A DNA stretch of 64,000 nt, taken from an uncultured Acidobacteriota bacterium. GTDB taxonomy: Bacteria > Acidobacteriota > UBA6911 > RPQK01 > JAPXNP01. The position numbers and the translations under genes are program-made. The stretch lies in NCBI GenBank assembly GCA_963777605.1, contig CAVZRV010000007.1:544001-608000 (forward strand). The letters are read 5' to 3'. Positions 49,694 through 59,284 of this stretch are shown one piece after another. How positions within the stretch are numbered: position 1 is the stretch's first letter; every line of letters starts with the position of its first letter. The notes under the pieces are model-generated. The model saw nothing but the letters and a program-made list of their open reading frames with translations. It had not been told where the DNA came from and did no database searches.

Positions 49694-52039
49694 TCAACCT
49701 TTCCTGCGGGCCGCCATGAGCTGTCCGAGAGCGAGGCCGCCGTCATTCGGGGGGACCAGCTGGTGCCAGTAGGGCTGGAAACCCTGCCCTCGAAGGAGTT
49801 CGACGCCGCCTTCCAACAGGCGACGATTCTGAAAACACCCGCCGCTCAGGACCACTCGTTCGAGTCCACAAAGCCCGGCAACACGGAGCATGGACGAACA
49901 GAGCCCTGAATGGAATTTTGCCACAATTTCACCAATGCGTGCCTTCCGCCGGCAATCTTCGAGGATCGCGTGGAGCATCGGCTCCCAATTGACGACAGAA
50001 GCAACGAACCCGGAAGGGGTGCGAGAGCCGTCGTCCGCCTCCCCAAGCGATCGAATCAAAGCACCCTCCCCCTCATCCACGCCCGCTGTAACCGGCAGGG
50101 GATAGGGATCACCCAGCCATGAAGGTTGGACCTGGGCTTCCAGTTCCATTGCAGCCTGCCCTTCGAAGGAGGCCCGGGCTCGCAGTCCGGTCAGCGCAGC
50201 TACCCCATCGAACAGCCGGCCCACGCTCGATGTCCGGGGACAGTTCAGGGAACGTTCCAGCATTCTCCTCAAGGGTTTCAGTTCACTCGGTTCAAACGCG
50301 TCCCGCAGCAGGGGCAGGGACAGTTCCCAGAGTTCTTCCCCAAATACTTCGTAGAGTAATCCCAACGCGGAGCGGCGAGGCTCCCGGACGGCGGCTTCCC
50401 CTCCCGGCAGTGGAAAGGTCCTGAAATGAGCAAATCGAGAGAATCCGTCCTCCTCCACCTTGAGAAACTCACCCCCCCAAACCGTCCCATCCGACCCGTA
50501 GCCGGTGCCGTCCCACGAAACGCCGAGAACCGGAGGCGGGAGTTCATTCTCGGCCATGCACGAGAGAACGTGGGCGTAGTGATGCTGCACTCGGACCGGT
50601 TGAGGGCTGAGGCTCCGTGCAAGACGGCTCGAGACATAGTCGGGGTGAGCATCGCAGGCGATCCGCCCCGGTTTGATTTCGTACATGGTCTGAAAATCCT
50701 CGATCACCCGACGAAACGCCAGTTCGGCGGCCTTCGTTTCCAGATCTCCGATGTGTTGGCTGATAAACACGTTCCCGCCAACCGACAAGGCGACCGTGTT
50801 TTTGAGGTGCCCCCCCAGAGCGAGCGTATCATCGGGAGCGGCATCCACCGGCAGGGGCAGAGGAGCATAACCCCGGGCTCGCCTTAACAGCAGCGGTCGC
50901 CCCATCACGACCCGGGCGACAGAGTCATCGACATGGCGGGCAATGGGACGGTCGTGAAGAAGGAATAGATCGGCGATTCTCCCAAGGCGTCTAAAGGCAT
51001 CATTATCCCCGGTACAGATGGGCTCCTCGGAGAGGTTCCCACTGGTCGCAACGAGTGGTCGGCCGACTGCGCTCATCAGCAGGTGATGGAGTGGGGTGTA
51101 GGGAAGCATCACTCCGAGCGTGGGGTTGGAGGGAGCCACCAAATCGGATACCAGGTCGATTCCAGGTTCGAGCCGGTCGAGCAGGACGATCGGACATTCC
51201 GGACTTTCGAGAATCTCTCGCTCTACGGCAGAAACCGCCACGATCGAGCGCAATGAATTTGCATCGGGACACATGATCGCGAATGGTTTCTCCTCACGGT
51301 TCTTCCTTTTTCGGAGAAGACCCACCACCTGGGAATCGGCGGCATCCGCCATCAGGTGAAAACCTCCCAGTCCTTTCACTGCGAGGATATGTCCCTGCAG
51401 GAGCGCGGCAACGGCCATTTCGAGCGCGAGATCTCCGACCTCCAGGCACTCACCTTTCGGAGTGCGCAATTCCAGGCGAGGCCCACACTCGGGACAGGCA
51501 TTCGGCTGGGCATGGAAGCGGCGGTTGAGCGGATCCTCGTATTCCTGGCGACAGCGTTCACACATGGTGAAGCGGCGCATCGTCGTATTCGGCCGGTCGT
51601 ATGGCAAGGCCTCGATGATACTGAACCGGGGTCCGCAGTTCGTGCAGTTGGTAAACGGGTAGCGATAGCGCCGGTTGAGCGGATCCATCACGTCGGCCAG
51701 GCACTCCTGACAGGTGGCAATGTCGGGGAGAATGACTGCAGTCTTGGCGCCTCCGGAACTGGACTCTATGGAGAAGCGAGTGAACCCGAGCGGATCGAGG
51801 ACACGACTTTCCAGGCTTTGGATCGAAGCGCGTGGTGGACCTTCCACGTTCAGACGGGCCCTGAACTGGTCGACGAGAGCGGACTCCCCTTCGACGTCGA
51901 TCACCACTCCTTCAGAGGCATTTCGAACTTGTCCCGCCAAGCCGAGTTCCCCGGCCAACCGGTAAACGAAAGGACGAAATCCGACTCCCTGCACCGCCCC
52001 GCGAACCACCAGGTTAAGGCGCACGACTCGGTCTCTCAA
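49694..52039 (-). CDS. hypF: Carbamoyltransferase HypF
   Basis: Acylphosphatase GAVQGVGFRPF, Zn fingers CQEC/CTNC/CERC/CPEC, YrdC KGLGGFHL, Kae1-like HHYAH, DGTGYG, PPNDGGLALGQ; TTG start with GGAGG RBS. Confidence 0.95.
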   Translation of the reverse strand: MRDRVVRLNLVVRGAVQGVGFRPFVYRLAGELGLAGQVRNASEGVVIDVEGESALVDQFRARLNVEGPPRASIQSLESRVLDPLGFTRFSIESSSGGAKTAVILPDIATCQECLADVMDPLNRRYRYPFTNCTNCGPRFSIIEALPYDRPNTTMRRFTMCERCRQEYEDPLNRRFHAQPNACPECGPRLELRTPKGECLEVGDLALEMAVAALLQGHILAVKGLGGFHLMADAADSQVVGLLRKRKNREEKPFAIMCPDANSLRSIVAVSAVEREILESPECPIVLLDRLEPGIDLVSDLVAPSNPTLGVMLPYTPLHHLLMSAVGRPLVATSGNLSEEPICTGDNDAFRRLGRIADLFLLHDRPIARHVDDSVARVVMGRPLLLRRARGYAPLPLPVDAAPDDTLALGGHLKNTVALSVGGNVFISQHIGDLETKAAELAFRRVIEDFQTMYEIKPGRIACDAHPDYVSSRLARSLSPQPVRVQHHYAHVLSCMAENELPPPVLGVSWDGTGYGSDGTVWGGEFLKVEEDGFSRFAHFRTFPLPGGEAAVREPRRSALGLLYEVFGEELWELSLPLLRDAFEPSELKPLRRMLERSLNCPRTSSVGRLFDGVAALTGLRARASFEGQAAMELEAQVQPSWLGDPYPLPVTAGVDEGEGALIRSLGEADDGSRTPSGFVASVVNWEPMLHAILEDCRRKARIGEIVAKFHSGLCSSMLRVAGLCGLERVVLSGGCFQNRRLLEGGVELLRGQGFQPYWHQLVPPNDGGLALGQLMAARRKG

Positions 52040-52055
52040 ATGTCGCTCGCCTCCT

Positions 52056-52724
52056 TTAGCCGGCTCGCTTTGCCTCCAGGCGATCGCGCAGGTAGCGGCA
52101 CCATTCGGCAATCCCTTCCCCGCTTCGAATGCAGGTTCGGAAGATCTTGACGGCCGGGTTCAACGCCCGGATCTGGGCATACACGGCGTCACAGTCAAAC
52201 TCGATCAGGCCGAGGAGATCTGACTTCGTGATGACGGAAACCGCGGCGCGGGAAAAAATGCCGGGGTATTTGAAGGGCTTGTCGTCTCCCTCGGCCACCG
52301 ACAGCAGGGCAACCTTGAAGTCCTCACCAAGGTCGTACGAAGTCGGACAAATCAGGTTCCCGACATTTTCAATGAAAAGAATATCAAGCTGTTCCATCCC
52401 GGCTTCCTGGAGTTCACGGTGGACAAGCCGGGCATCGAGATGGCAGGCGCCGCCCGTCAGAATCTGGCGTGCCGGGACTCCCAGGCGACGGATCCGATCG
52501 GCATCCCGCTCCGTTGCGATGTCCCCCTCCAGCACGCCCACGGAAAGATCCCGCAGTTGAGGCAGAGTGACTTCGAGAAGGCTGGTCTTGCCGGAGCCGG
52601 GGGATGAGATGAGATTGACCACGAGCGTACCGGCCGCCCCAAACTCCGCCCTCAGCTTTCGGGCCGCTTCCTCGTTGGCAGCCAGGACTTTCTGTCGAAC
52701 ATCTATCTGCTTAGTCGCTTCCAC
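52056..52724 (-). CDS. hypB: Hydrogenase nickel incorporation GTPase HypB
   Basis: SSPGSGKT, EGD, GGACHLDA, ENVGNLICP, EGDDKPFKYP, TKSDL; GTG start; no His-rich N-terminus. Confidence 0.95.
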   Translation of the reverse strand: MEATKQIDVRQKVLAANEEAARKLRAEFGAAGTLVVNLISSPGSGKTSLLEVTLPQLRDLSVGVLEGDIATERDADRIRRLGVPARQILTGGACHLDARLVHRELQEAGMEQLDILFIENVGNLICPTSYDLGEDFKVALLSVAEGDDKPFKYPGIFSRAAVSVITKSDLLGLIEFDCDAVYAQIRALNPAVKIFRTCIRSGEGIAEWCRYLRDRLEAKRAG

Positions 52725-53076
52725 GTTTTGTCTCCACATCGTCTGTGTAGGTAATCTGGAGCAGGTCCAGGTCGTATCCACCTTCGACCTCCAAGGGCTG
52801 CTGGCAGTCCGGGCACAGGAAGTGCCAGCCCTTTTCTACCCTCAGCTTGTCCTCACCGCAGAACTTGCAGTGCTGCCGAGCGGGTCGCCATTCGATGCTC
52901 AGCTGGGATCCGGCGTGGGGAGTCCCGCTGACCACCGCCTCCCAGGCGAACTCGAGAAGTTGGGGCTCCACTGAGGAGAGTTCGCCGACGGCCACCTTGA
53001 CTTCCTCGAGAGAGCCGGTCCCAATGAGCCTGACGGCCGATTCCAGAATACTGACCGCGATACCCGTTTCGTGCAT
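52711..53076 (-). CDS. hypA: Hydrogenase nickel metallochaperone HypA
   Basis: MHE N-terminus, VGELSSVEP, CKFC and CPDC zinc site. Confidence 0.93.
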   Translation of the reverse strand: MHETGIAVSILESAVRLIGTGSLEEVKVAVGELSSVEPQLLEFAWEAVVSGTPHAGSQLSIEWRPARQHCKFCGEDKLRVEKGWHFLCPDCQQPLEVEGGYDLDLLQITYTDDVETKRGSD

Positions 53077-53222
53077 AGGTCCTCGGACAAGCCCCCATCG
53101 GTCAAACAGACACGATTGAGTATAGCAGGGGATCTTCCAATGCCGGCGGCCGCAACCGGGTTTGACTTGCCTGCTTGGGGCGACGACGATAGAAGTCGAA
53201 AGGGAGCAGTCAAGGAGAATCA

Positions 53223-53816
53223 ATGAACTTTGATGTTTCCACCTGGTTTGGAAGTAACTTCTTTGAAATCATCGGGTTCCCGGCCCTGATCTTTCTGGCC
53301 CGAGTGATCGACGTGTCCCTGGGAACACTTCGGACGGTGGCGATCTCTCGTGGTCTCAAGGGGCGCGCCGCGTTTCTCGGGTTCTTTGAGGTCCTGATCT
53401 GGCTGTCGGCGATCACGTACATCCTGCAGCACCTGACGACGATCACCAATTACTTCGCCTATGCCGGCGGTTTCGCGACAGGCAACTATGTCGGACTCAA
53501 GATTGAGGAGAAAGTGGCGCTCGGACTGCTCGGCGTCACCATCATCACGAATCGGGACGCTCGTGAACTCATCAAGCATCTCAAGGAGCACCAGTTCGGG
53601 ATCACCAGTGTAAGCGCGATGGGGTCGACCGGACGGGTTCGCATCGTCTACTCCGTCATCCGTCGAAAGAACCTCAATGAGCTTCGTGAGTTGGTAGAAC
53701 GCTTTCACCCCAACGCCTTCATGGCCATTCAAAACGTCCGCGCATCCTCCAAGGCAATCTACCCTTTCGTTGACCAGCAGAGGGGATGGCTCGGATGGCT
53801 GAGAAAGAGTAAATAG
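53223..53816 (+). CDS. UPF0316/DUF2179-family membrane protein
   Basis: IFLARVIDVSLGTLR, GFFEVLIWL, YAGGFATGNYVG, GITSVSAMG, HPNAF. Confidence 0.85.
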   Translation: MNFDVSTWFGSNFFEIIGFPALIFLARVIDVSLGTLRTVAISRGLKGRAAFLGFFEVLIWLSAITYILQHLTTITNYFAYAGGFATGNYVGLKIEEKVALGLLGVTIITNRDARELIKHLKEHQFGITSVSAMGSTGRVRIVYSVIRRKNLNELRELVERFHPNAFMAIQNVRASSKAIYPFVDQQRGWLGWLRKSK

Positions 53817-53853
53817 TCCCGGGAGACAGGTCCATCCTTCTGCACCAGGATAC

Positions 53854-53884
53854 TTGCTCTCAAATATGCGAAAACAGTAATATT
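53854..53884 (+). promoter_or_regulatory. Putative sigma70 promoter with overlapping AT-rich inverted repeat upstream of the ArsR-family gene
   Basis: TTGCTC-N18-TAATAT; AATAT-N12-ATATT inverted repeat spanning the spacer and -10. Confidence 0.3.
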
Positions 53885-54047
53885 GGGGCCGGATGGCCGG
53901 TTCGCATGAATTCATATCTTTGCGGTCATCGCAGGCGGGTCTGTGTTGACGGTCTTCAGACCGGAGCAATGCGGGGCTCGGGAGGTGAGTTAGGGGCCGC
54001 GTTCCGCGGCCCCGGTTCTCTGGCAACGGCCGCACGAGGAATCGCAC

Positions 54048-54374
54048 ATGTCACCACGCCGACTCTCCAACGAAGCTCTTACTCTCGTGGCAAATCGATT
54101 CAAAATATTGGGGGACCCTGTGCGGCTCAGGCTCGTCCAGCACCTCATGGAGGGTGAACGCAACGTCACCGAGTTGGTCAACGCGACCGGGGCAAACCAA
54201 GCCAACGTTTCAAGGCATCTCGCCACGCTGAACCGCGCGGGCATTCTCCATCGGAGAAAAGAGGGGCTCAACGTCTTCTATGCCATCGCCGACCCCTCGG
54301 TGTTCGAGCTCTGCGACCTTGTCTGCAGCAGCGTAGAACGTTTCTACGCCGGCCAGGCCAAAGTCTTTCACTAA
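54048..54374 (+). CDS. ArsR/SmtB-family transcriptional regulator
   Basis: FKILGDPVRLRL, NVTELV...QANVSRHLATL, RRKEGLNVFY, C-terminal ELCDLVC. Confidence 0.92.
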   Translation: MSPRRLSNEALTLVANRFKILGDPVRLRLVQHLMEGERNVTELVNATGANQANVSRHLATLNRAGILHRRKEGLNVFYAIADPSVFELCDLVCSSVERFYAGQAKVFH

Positions 54375-54376
54375 GG

Positions 54377-55756
54377 ATGGTCGTGGATCAGTCGGAGGCG
54401 GCAAGATCGATCGAACATTCCCGGTACCGGAAGATAATTAACGCCTGGTCGATGTACGACTGGGCGAATTCAGCATTCTACACAACCATTGTCGCCGCAA
54501 TCTTCCCTCCATTTTTCCGTTCTCTGGCGACTTCCGGCGGCGTGCCTGGAGCCGACGCGACCGCGTACTGGGCCTATGTGACCTCGGCTGGCCTTCTGGT
54601 CGTCGCGGTACTCGGTCCCGTGCTGGGAGCAATCGCCGATCAGACCGGGAGCAAGAAGAAGTGGGTGATTGGCTTTGCCGCGCTCGGAATCGTCGCCAGT
54701 TTCCTCATGGCCTTCCTCGGACCATCGAGCTATGGCTGGGGAGCCGTGCTCTTCATCATCGGTGATATCGGAGTCGCCGCCAGCATCGTTTTCTACGACT
54801 CACTCCTTCCCCACATTGCCAAGGAGGAGGACATGGACCGGGTATCGTCCAAGGGCTACGCGATCGGCTACCTCGGCGGCGGGATTCTGCTGGTTGTAAA
54901 CATGCTGATGGTCACCCGACCCTCCCTGTTCTTTCTCGAAAGCACCAACGCCGGCATCCGGCTGAGCTTCGTCTCTGTGGCAATCTGGTGGGCGATCTTC
55001 TCGATTCCCCTGATCCGGCGGGTCCCGGAGCCTCCTTCGATTGGGGATCTCCACCCGGCCCGAGACATCCTTTCGTCCAGCCTGAAGCAACTCCGGTCCA
55101 CATTGCGGAAGCTCCGTCGCTACCGTCAACTGGGGATATTCCTTCTCGCATTCCTGATCTACAACGACGGCATTGGAACCATCATCAAAATGGCGACTGC
55201 CTACGGCGACGAGATCGGGATTGGCATCACCGACATGATCACCGCCCTGATTCTGACTCAGTTCGTGGGAATCCCCTGTTCGTTCGCGTTCGGCTGGCTG
55301 GCCGGGAAAATCACGGCGAAGAAAGCGATCCTCCTTGCCCTCGCCGTTTACGTAGTGATCGCGTGCGGAGCCTATTTCATGAAGACCGCGGCTCACTTTT
55401 ACATGCTGGCTTTCGGGGTGGGCCTGGTTCAGGGCGGTGCGCAAGCCCTCAGCCGTTCCCTGTTTGGGCAGATGGTGCCGCGTTCTCAGACTGCCGAGTT
55501 CTTCGGATTCTTCAGTACCAGCTCCAAGATGGCGGGTATTGTCGGTCCGGTGTTGTTCGGAGTCGTCAGCCAGCTGGTCGGAGGAAGTCGACTGAGCATC
55601 GTCTCCCTGGTCCTGTTCTTTGTCGTGGGAGGCATTCTGCTCGTCTTCGTCGATATCGACTCGGCCCGACGTGCCGCTCAACTCGAGGATCGAGAGGTCG
55701 GGTTTACAACCGCCGATCGCGATCATATTGACATTTCAGTCATCCCCTCAAGTTGA
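54377..55756 (+). CDS. MFS transporter, UMF1/Atg22-like
   Basis: WSMYDWANSAF, FYDSLLP, SSKGYAIGYLGG, YNDGIGTI, QALSRS, EFFGFF. Confidence 0.9.
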   Translation: MVVDQSEAARSIEHSRYRKIINAWSMYDWANSAFYTTIVAAIFPPFFRSLATSGGVPGADATAYWAYVTSAGLLVVAVLGPVLGAIADQTGSKKKWVIGFAALGIVASFLMAFLGPSSYGWGAVLFIIGDIGVAASIVFYDSLLPHIAKEEDMDRVSSKGYAIGYLGGGILLVVNMLMVTRPSLFFLESTNAGIRLSFVSVAIWWAIFSIPLIRRVPEPPSIGDLHPARDILSSSLKQLRSTLRKLRRYRQLGIFLLAFLIYNDGIGTIIKMATAYGDEIGIGITDMITALILTQFVGIPCSFAFGWLAGKITAKKAILLALAVYVVIACGAYFMKTAAHFYMLAFGVGLVQGGAQALSRSLFGQMVPRSQTAEFFGFFSTSSKMAGIVGPVLFGVVSQLVGGSRLSIVSLVLFFVVGGILLVFVDIDSARRAAQLEDREVGFTTADRDHIDISVIPSS

Positions 55757-55825
55757 CGCCAGGCTTTCTCGTTCGGTAGTCTCGAATTGTAACGTTGAAC
55801 CTCAAGAAAGGGTGTACAAGCTGAA

Positions 55826-55951
55826 ATGAGTGATGGAATGTTGTTGACTGTGGTAGCTCTCGTTCTCGTTGGCTCAGCCGGTGTGGTTGCGTTCATGCGT
55901 GCCTCGACTGGAAAGAGTAAAGGCCACAAGGCCAATTCTCTGTTCGAGTAG
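55826..55951 (+). CDS. Putative small single-pass membrane protein (41 aa)
   Basis: MSDGMLLTVVALVLVGSAGVVAFMRASTGKSKGHKANSLFE*; TM plus basic tail; weak RBS; below the ORF-track cutoff. Confidence 0.4.
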   Translation: MSDGMLLTVVALVLVGSAGVVAFMRASTGKSKGHKANSLFE

Positions 55952-56086
55952 CGATACCGCGAGGGGTCTGCCGGAGAAAATCGGCGGCCCCGCCTTCCCC
56001 CTGTTTCCTCGCCCCACCTGAGTTTCACAGTCCGGCCCTTTGCTTCCAATCGTGAAAGAACGAGAATGGTGCGGTAAAGGAAAGCT

Positions 56087-58060
56087 ATGGCCGCTACCAA
56101 CCACTGTAGACCTGCGTTTCTGTTGTCAGCCTGTCTTTTGGTCGGGTTCGCAATTCCGTTCAATCCCGCCGCCTACGCATCCGAAACACCGGGGAAAATG
56201 CTTCACTCAACCCGGTTTCAGCCGCTGCCCCTCGGGCGTATTACCCCGGAAGGATGGCTGGAAAATGAGTTGGGGATTCAGGCGCGGGGCCTTACCGGGA
56301 ACCTGGATCTGTTCTGGCCGGACGTCAGAGACAGCGGCTGGATCGGAGGCACTTCTGAAGGATGGGAACGGATGCCCTACTGGCTTGACGGCGCCCTTCC
56401 CCTAGCTTATCTGATCAAGGATGAAGCCCTGATCCAGCGTATTGAGAAGTACATTGACTACGTTTTGACCCACCAAAACGAGGACGGTTGGCTCGGACCC
56501 GAGCAAAGCCCGGGCGATCGTTACAAGGCACGCGACCCCTGGCCGGTGTTCGTCATGATGAAAGTCCTCACCCAGTACGCCGAGGTCACCGGAGATCCCC
56601 GCGTGCAACCGGCTCTCAACCGATTCCTCAAGAGGCTTGCCGTTCAAATGAATGACCGCCCCTTGTTCGATTGGAACCGGATGCGCTGGCAGGACGGCGT
56701 CCTCAGCGTGTTCTGGCTCTACGACCGAACCGGGGAAGCCTGGCTCCTCGACCTCGCTGCAAGGATGCGTCATCAAGGCTACGACTGGATCGCCCACTTC
56801 CGGGACCTCCCCTACAAGGCCAAGGTGGATGAGTGGGAACACGAAAGCCACGTGGTCAACAACGCGATGGGCGTGAAAACGGCGGCAATCCGCTTCCGGC
56901 AAACTGGAGAAAGAGCATATCTCGGAGACGGGATGAAGGCTGTTACCGAATTGGATCGCTACCATGGCCAGGCTTCGGGGCTGTTCAGTGGGGACGAGTG
57001 TTTCGCGGGCCTGATGCCGTCCCAGGGAACCGAGACCTGTGCGGTGGTCGAATACATGTTTTCTCTTGAAACTCTGGCTTCCTCCGCTGATCCCCGGATC
57101 GGCGATCGGCTGGAGCGAATCGCCTTCAACGCACTTCCCGCCTCGGTCACTTCCGACGGAACTGCCCGCCAGTACGTCCAGCAAGCCAACCAGCCGCTGG
57201 CCCGGGTGAGTCGCGATCATATCTACACGACCAACGGGCCCGAGGCGAACGTCTACGGGCTGGAAACCAACTACGGCTGTTGCACGGCCAACATGCACCA
57301 GGGATGGCCCAAGCTCGTCTCCCACCTCTGGATGCTCACCGACGACGGAGGACTGGCCGCGGTGGCGTATGGCCCCTCCAGACTTCGCACCAATCTTGCC
57401 AACCGGGAGGTCGAGATCGAGACGATTACAGACTACCCCTTTGGTGACTCCCTCGAATTCATCGTAAAAACCTCCCCGCCAGGAGCATTCCCCATCTACC
57501 TCAGAATTCCGCGATGGGCCGGCGCGACTCGCCTCAGCATCGACGGAGAAGAGGACCAGCATCCCCAGCCTTCCAGTTATTTGCGCCTGGAACGGGAGTG
57601 GAAGTCCTTCAACCGAGTTCGGCTCGAATTCTCACCGGCAGTCAGGACGGAGAAACGGTTCAACGGAGCGCTGTCCATCAGCCGGGGACCGCTGGTGTTC
57701 AGCCTGGAAATCGGCACTCACTGGCGCAAGCTCCGCGGAGAAGAGCCCTGGGCCGATTGGGAGGTCTACCCGACCAGTCAGTGGAACTATGCGCTGGCCG
57801 TCAACCCGGCTTCACCAGGGGCCTCGGTCGAAGTAGTCCGCCGCGCCATGCCCGATTGTCCTCTCTGCCCTGGCCAGAGCCCAATCTTGCTGCATGTAAA
57901 GGGACGCCTGCTTCCGGAATGGACGTTGGAGGAGAACGCGGCCGAACCGCCGCCAGCAAGCCCGGTCAGCTCGGAGCAGCCACTCGAGACCCTGGAGCTC
58001 ATCCCCTACGGTGCCGCCAAGCTCAGGATCACTGAGTTCCCGTACATGGAGATCGAGTAG
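56087..58060 (+). CDS. GH127-like beta-L-arabinofuranosidase family protein, exported
   Basis: PEGWL, WERMPYWLDG, HVVN, GTETCAVVE and GCCTANMHQGWPK (Zn/Cys ligands), TDYPF, LRIPRW, RGPLVF, LIPYG. Confidence 0.85.
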   Translation: MAATNHCRPAFLLSACLLVGFAIPFNPAAYASETPGKMLHSTRFQPLPLGRITPEGWLENELGIQARGLTGNLDLFWPDVRDSGWIGGTSEGWERMPYWLDGALPLAYLIKDEALIQRIEKYIDYVLTHQNEDGWLGPEQSPGDRYKARDPWPVFVMMKVLTQYAEVTGDPRVQPALNRFLKRLAVQMNDRPLFDWNRMRWQDGVLSVFWLYDRTGEAWLLDLAARMRHQGYDWIAHFRDLPYKAKVDEWEHESHVVNNAMGVKTAAIRFRQTGERAYLGDGMKAVTELDRYHGQASGLFSGDECFAGLMPSQGTETCAVVEYMFSLETLASSADPRIGDRLERIAFNALPASVTSDGTARQYVQQANQPLARVSRDHIYTTNGPEANVYGLETNYGCCTANMHQGWPKLVSHLWMLTDDGGLAAVAYGPSRLRTNLANREVEIETITDYPFGDSLEFIVKTSPPGAFPIYLRIPRWAGATRLSIDGEEDQHPQPSSYLRLEREWKSFNRVRLEFSPAVRTEKRFNGALSISRGPLVFSLEIGTHWRKLRGEEPWADWEVYPTSQWNYALAVNPASPGASVEVVRRAMPDCPLCPGQSPILLHVKGRLLPEWTLEENAAEPPPASPVSSEQPLETLELIPYGAAKLRITEFPYMEIE

Positions 58061-58568
58061 ACGCCCCCGCCTCGGTCTCAGCCGTCTCGCCCTGCTCGCG
58101 AAGGCTCCCGATCCAGTTTTGGAGGCACTCTCTGATATTGTCTCTCGCCTCTAAGTAGACTTCGTAGGACTTGCCGATTGGATCGTCGATGCGGTGAAGG
58201 CGTCCCTTTCGCTTGGTGTAGATCCAAAGCCGCACAATCCGGGACTCCGTGGCAGGGCGCTGCATCCAGATCTCACGGGCATGCTCGGGAGCCATCGCGA
58301 CGAGGAAGTCCGCCTCGTCGAGGTGCCTCGCCGAAACTCCCTGCGACCGGTGCCCGCTCAAATCCAGGCCCAGTTCGCCAACCGCTTTGATCGCAAACTC
58401 CGATGCCGGCTGGCCCTCGATTCCGAGCGTGCCCGCAGATTCGACGCAGTCAGTCGGGATTCCGCCTTCATCGAGGAGCTGCTGCCCGATCACTTCAGCC
58501 ATGGGAGAACGGCAGATGTTGCCGCTGCAAACAAACACGATGTGGAGGTTTCCGGTGGCCTGTTGCAT
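58029..58568 (-). CDS. Low-molecular-weight protein-tyrosine phosphatase
   Basis: FVCSGNICRSPMAE P-loop, SAGT, IDDPIG. Confidence 0.9.
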   Translation of the reverse strand: MQQATGNLHIVFVCSGNICRSPMAEVIGQQLLDEGGIPTDCVESAGTLGIEGQPASEFAIKAVGELGLDLSGHRSQGVSARHLDEADFLVAMAPEHAREIWMQRPATESRIVRLWIYTKRKGRLHRIDDPIGKSYEVYLEARDNIRECLQNWIGSLREQGETAETEAGASTRSPCTGTQ

Positions 58569-58623
58569 GAGATTTGGAGCCCCTAGCGAAGCCGGCTGCC
58601 GTGAGTACGATCTGGAAGCCGGG

Positions 58624-59076
58624 CTAGTGCCTCTTAAGCATGTGGATTTCAGTTCCACCCTTTTCGAATCGAACTTCGTCCATCAACTGGTTGATCAGAA
58701 AGATTCCCCGCCCATGGTTGGAATAGACATTTTTGCCCATCACCGGATTGGGGAGTCCGACCGGATCAAAGCCTTCTCCCGGGTCTCTGACGACCAGCAG
58801 TACCCCGAACGAGTCGGCACAGGCAACAGCCACCGCCACCTCTTTGTTGGGGTCACCCTTGCAACCATGGAGGATCGCGTTCGCAAGAGCTTCCCGCAAA
58901 GATAATTCGATCTCGAACTCCTTGTTCCCGCCGCACTGAAGGTCGGCGATCGCCTCCATGATGTCGCCTACGACCGCCTCAATGTGAGCAACGTCGGCAG
59001 GGAAGGTCTTCTCGAGACGAATACGGAGAGTATCTATCGGGATATCCTTTTGAGGGAGGCCTCGATTCCGCTCCAT
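58624..59076 (-). CDS. RsbW/SpoIIAB-like anti-sigma factor Ser/Thr kinase (HATPase_c_2)
   Basis: EALANAILHG, VRDPGEGFD, GRGIFLINQLMDEV, GGTEIHM. Confidence 0.88.
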   Translation of the reverse strand: MERNRGLPQKDIPIDTLRIRLEKTFPADVAHIEAVVGDIMEAIADLQCGGNKEFEIELSLREALANAILHGCKGDPNKEVAVAVACADSFGVLLVVRDPGEGFDPVGLPNPVMGKNVYSNHGRGIFLINQLMDEVRFEKGGTEIHMLKRH

Positions 59077-59284
59077 AATTTAAACTCATGATAGCAGATT
59101 CACTAGACACATGGTTCACGGTGAAAATCGCTGGGAATTGACCTCCGTCACTTCTCTCTGGACGAATCAGGCGCCGTGCGATAGCTTTCAAAATGGACCT
59201 TGATCGGTTGGAGTCCGGGCATACGTGGAGCGCTTCCAGCAAATGCTTCCTCTGGTCTCTGAACGGAATCCCAGGAGCACAACT

